A DNA stretch of 64,000 bases from a virus (taxonomy: Duplodnaviria; Caudoviricetes). Position 1 is the first letter of the stretch; the number at the start of each line of letters is the position of its first letter. The DNA is taken from the IMG/VR virus record IMGVR_UViG_2765235885_000002, positions 1,689 through 65,688 of that record. One strand, written 5' to 3'. Below the pieces are notes generated by a model. It did not search any database, was not told the origin of the DNA, and was given only the letters and a program-made list of their open reading frames with translations. This document shows, in pieces, positions 62,037 to 64,000 of this stretch. Position numbers and translations under genes: made by a program.

Positions 62037-62348
62037 TTATGCAGCTTTTGCGGTAGTGCGCGTCCCACGCTTGGCGACTTTGGTTGGTGTAGTGGGCGAC
62101 TTCTTGCCCACGAAAAGAGTGCCGGGGAGCACGTCAAGCGCCTCCTCGATGAGCTCACCCATCTGCCGAGTGCACGTTGTCCGCTTGCCGTTGATGAGCA
62201 TGAAGATGAACTGCCGCGAGCAACCGCAGTAGCGAGCGAGCCGCGCCTGACTGAAGTCGTGCTTGTCCATGTACTTGACGATGAGCTCGGGGTCTCTGAC
62301 TTGCATCCAGATTCCTCTCGATCGTTTCCGCCGAATTGCGGTAGCCAC
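62037..62348 (-). CDS. Cro-like HTH regulator
   Basis: FSQARLARYCGCSRQFIFMLING; AAGGAG RBS; divergent from repressor. Confidence 0.85.
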   Translation of the reverse strand: MATAIRRKRSRGIWMQVRDPELIVKYMDKHDFSQARLARYCGCSRQFIFMLINGKRTTCTRQMGELIEEALDVLPGTLFVGKKSPTTPTKVAKRGTRTTAKAA

Positions 62349-62369
62349 AGTCTGCTCTCCTTCGCCTTG

Positions 62370-62530
62370 GTTGTCAACGACTTGCAGACAGAGAGTCGCA
62401 TACCGGTTGACGTTTCGTCAACACTTACACCGGTGTAGTTCAGCAGCGTGCAGGTCACGACCGGTATCAGTTGGTCTACGGTTAGTTGACACAATTGGCC
62501 GTCAAGTCGCCTAGGCCCAGTTGACATTGA
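62370..62530. promoter_or_regulatory. Repressor/Cro switch region with repeated GTTGAC/GTCAAC half-sites
   Basis: GTTGACG-TTT-CGTCAAC (62406-62422), TACACCGGTGTA (62426-62437), further half-sites at 62373, 62485, 62501, 62520. Confidence 0.7.
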
Positions 62531-62577
62531 GTTTTCGGCGGCTTGTGGACCCGGCGTGACTCTCGGAAGGTATTGGT

Positions 62578-63126
62578 GTGCACGAGTTCAATCGGTTCAT
62601 TCAGTCGCAGTGCGACCTACGTGGTTGGCGACCGTCCGAACTCGCCACACGCTCAGGCCTGTCACGGCAGCACGTATCCAAGCTGCTGAACGACAAGCGG
62701 AGCCACCTCGGACAGATGCCCGACGACAAGACCATCGCCGGTCTTGCCCAGGCATTCGAGGGCGTCTCCGAACAGACAGTCCGTGACGCAGCCGCACGAG
62801 CTCTAGGCGCGGTTGGGGAAGCGGAACGACAGGCAGAGCTCGACCTACAGCGGGTGTCGATAGACGCACTGCTGACCGAGATAAAACGAAGGGTTCAAGC
62901 AAATGAAGACACGGGCACGCAGGACACGCAGGGCGATCCGCAGATTGATGGAGAAGCTGGGACTCGCGGAACCCCCAATACACGCGCCGCTCACGGCGGC
63001 GCAGACAAGGTCACACCCTTGCGTAGGCGGAATCAAGGCTCGCAACCTGACCCGGCTATGCCTGGCGCGGCGTCGGAACGCGTGAAGGAGAAGACCGACA
63101 CGCCCGACTTTGAGCCGGGTTCATAA
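62578..63126 (+). CDS. Immunity repressor (XRE HTH; no S24 autopeptidase domain)
   Basis: WRPSELATRSGLSRQHVSKLLN; low-complexity tail. Confidence 0.88.
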   Translation: MHEFNRFIQSQCDLRGWRPSELATRSGLSRQHVSKLLNDKRSHLGQMPDDKTIAGLAQAFEGVSEQTVRDAAARALGAVGEAERQAELDLQRVSIDALLTEIKRRVQANEDTGTQDTQGDPQIDGEAGTRGTPNTRAAHGGADKVTPLRRRNQGSQPDPAMPGAASERVKEKTDTPDFEPGS

Positions 63127-63163
63127 CCAAACCCGCAGGTCAGCTAATTACAGTCGCGTAATT

Positions 63164-63185
63164 TGTCGGTACACCACCGCAGACT
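63164..63185 (+). promoter_or_regulatory. PafBC/RecA-NDp-type leaderless promoter for ImmA-like protease
   Basis: TTGTCGG-TACACCACCG-CAGACT then 7 nt to ATG 63193; one mismatch in -10. Confidence 0.65.
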
Positions 63186-63192
63186 CGTCGGT

Positions 63193-63627
63193 ATGCGATA
63201 CCACCCGTGGCGACGAGCCAGAGACGACTACCCCGAGTGGGAGATCGACTACACCAAGACGCTCCCCGACGGCGTGGCCGCCAAGATCGTCGACGGCGTC
63301 ATCTTCATCTGCGCATCCCTGACTCAGGCAGCGCGTAGATCGGCGCTCGGCCACGAGCTGGAGCACATCGACCGCGGCTCGGAGCATGACATCCCGGACT
63401 CGTGGTTTCGCCGCAAGGAAGAGCAGGCCGTCGACATTATCGCGGCCCGCAAACTCATCGAACTCGATGACCTCGTCGAAGCGCTCACGTGGACTCGTGG
63501 CCTGCCTGACCGCGAGTGCGCGTGGGAACTGTGGACCGATGTCCACACGCTCACGGTCAGGATCGCTCACCTCACGCCGGACGAGCGCCGCTATCTCAGT
63601 AACGAACTCGAACGGAGACAACTCTGA
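63193..63627 (+). CDS. ImmA/IrrE-family metalloprotease (anti-repressor)
   Basis: RR.ALGHELEH (HExxH), EEQAVD..AARKLI; directly after repressor. Confidence 0.9.
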   Translation: MRYHPWRRARDDYPEWEIDYTKTLPDGVAAKIVDGVIFICASLTQAARRSALGHELEHIDRGSEHDIPDSWFRRKEEQAVDIIAARKLIELDDLVEALTWTRGLPDRECAWELWTDVHTLTVRIAHLTPDERRYLSNELERRQL

Positions 63628-63776
63628 TGTGGACCGACTGGACGAACCCAAAGACCGGCATCGTTGAGCAAGTGTGGGCCTGCCGCATGGGTCCGACACT
63701 GAACGAGGTCATGGACGAGAAGTGGGAGGCCGAGCTTCACGCGGCCGACCCTGAGGGAAACGAATGGGGAGCATGA
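63627..63776 (+). CDS. Small acidic protein (49 aa), not in ORF track
   Basis: TGATG and ATGA coupling; MWTDWTNPKTG... Confidence 0.6.
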   Translation: MWTDWTNPKTGIVEQVWACRMGPTLNEVMDEKWEAELHAADPEGNEWGA

Positions 63777-64000
63777 CACCACAACAGGAAGAGATCCTGA
63801 AGTTCGAAAAGCGTTGGTACACAGCGCCAGGAAACAAGGAAGCCGACATTCGTGACCAGCTCGACCTGTCGGCGGTGCGCTACTATCAGCTTCTCAACGC
63901 ACTACTCGACGACCCGGACGCTCTCAAGGCCGACCCGGTCCTCGTGAAGCGACTGCGCCGCATCCGCGATAGTCGGGCGACACTACGAAGGGCCGGATAA
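63773..64000 (+). CDS. DUF3263 family protein
   Basis: IL.FEKRW....G.KEADIR..L.LSAVRYYQLLNALLDDP.AL..DP.LV.RLRR.R. Confidence 0.85.
   Translation: MTPQQEEILKFEKRWYTAPGNKEADIRDQLDLSAVRYYQLLNALLDDPDALKADPVLVKRLRRIRDSRATLRRAG

Larger units (their letters stand above)
1..64000. mobile_element. Temperate actinobacteriophage prophage (siphovirus morphology); both boundaries lie outside the window
   Basis: Complete terminase-portal-protease-capsid-tail-tape measure-lysis set, replication/early operon and repressor/Cro switch. Repressor at one edge and tail genes near the other is the prophage permutation. No host housekeeping gene seen. Confidence 0.95.

Noticed and set aside
62578-63126. Integration-dependent immunity (attP inside repressor, ssrA-like tag)
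   Set aside because: No tRNA-like att core in the gene, the C-terminus (DFEPGS) is not ssrA-like, and no integrase is adjacent

Overview
The whole 64 kb window is a temperate, long-tailed (siphovirus-type) phage of a high-GC mycolic-acid actinobacterium. The gene content and order (split lysin A, lysis cassette embedded among minor tail genes, DUF935-type portal) resemble Gordonia/Rhodococcus-type phages, but the host cannot be fixed from sequence alone. The order is that of an integrated prophage: the immunity cassette (repressor, ImmA/IrrE protease, DUF3263) is at the right edge. A long leftward early/replication operon of about 70 small, translationally coupled genes follows, then a probable cos/packaging region near 30.3 kb and the leftward head-tail-lysis operon. 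A moron region with an Xer-like tyrosine recombinase sits at the left edge. No host genes, att sites, canonical integrase, tRNAs or CRISPR arrays are visible. The most notable observation is DNA-damage wiring. The ImmA-like anti-repressor protease and the Xer-like recombinase each carry a PafBC/RecA-NDp-type promoter (TGTCGG-N10-TANNNT; perfect for the recombinase, one mismatch and leaderless for ImmA), and a near-consensus LexA box lies in the left moron region. This suggests a PafBC-triggered prophage induction switch. Other highlights are accessory genes bracketed by 13-18 bp RBS/start-junction direct repeats, a repeated GGYATGATG start motif beside the recombinase, three coupled micro-ORFs behind a structured leader, a shared hairpin ahead of two homing endonucleases, and phage-borne TrmH/SPOUT methyltransferase and minimal nucleotidyltransferase genes. 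All family assignments are from motif recognition by eye; no database searches were run.
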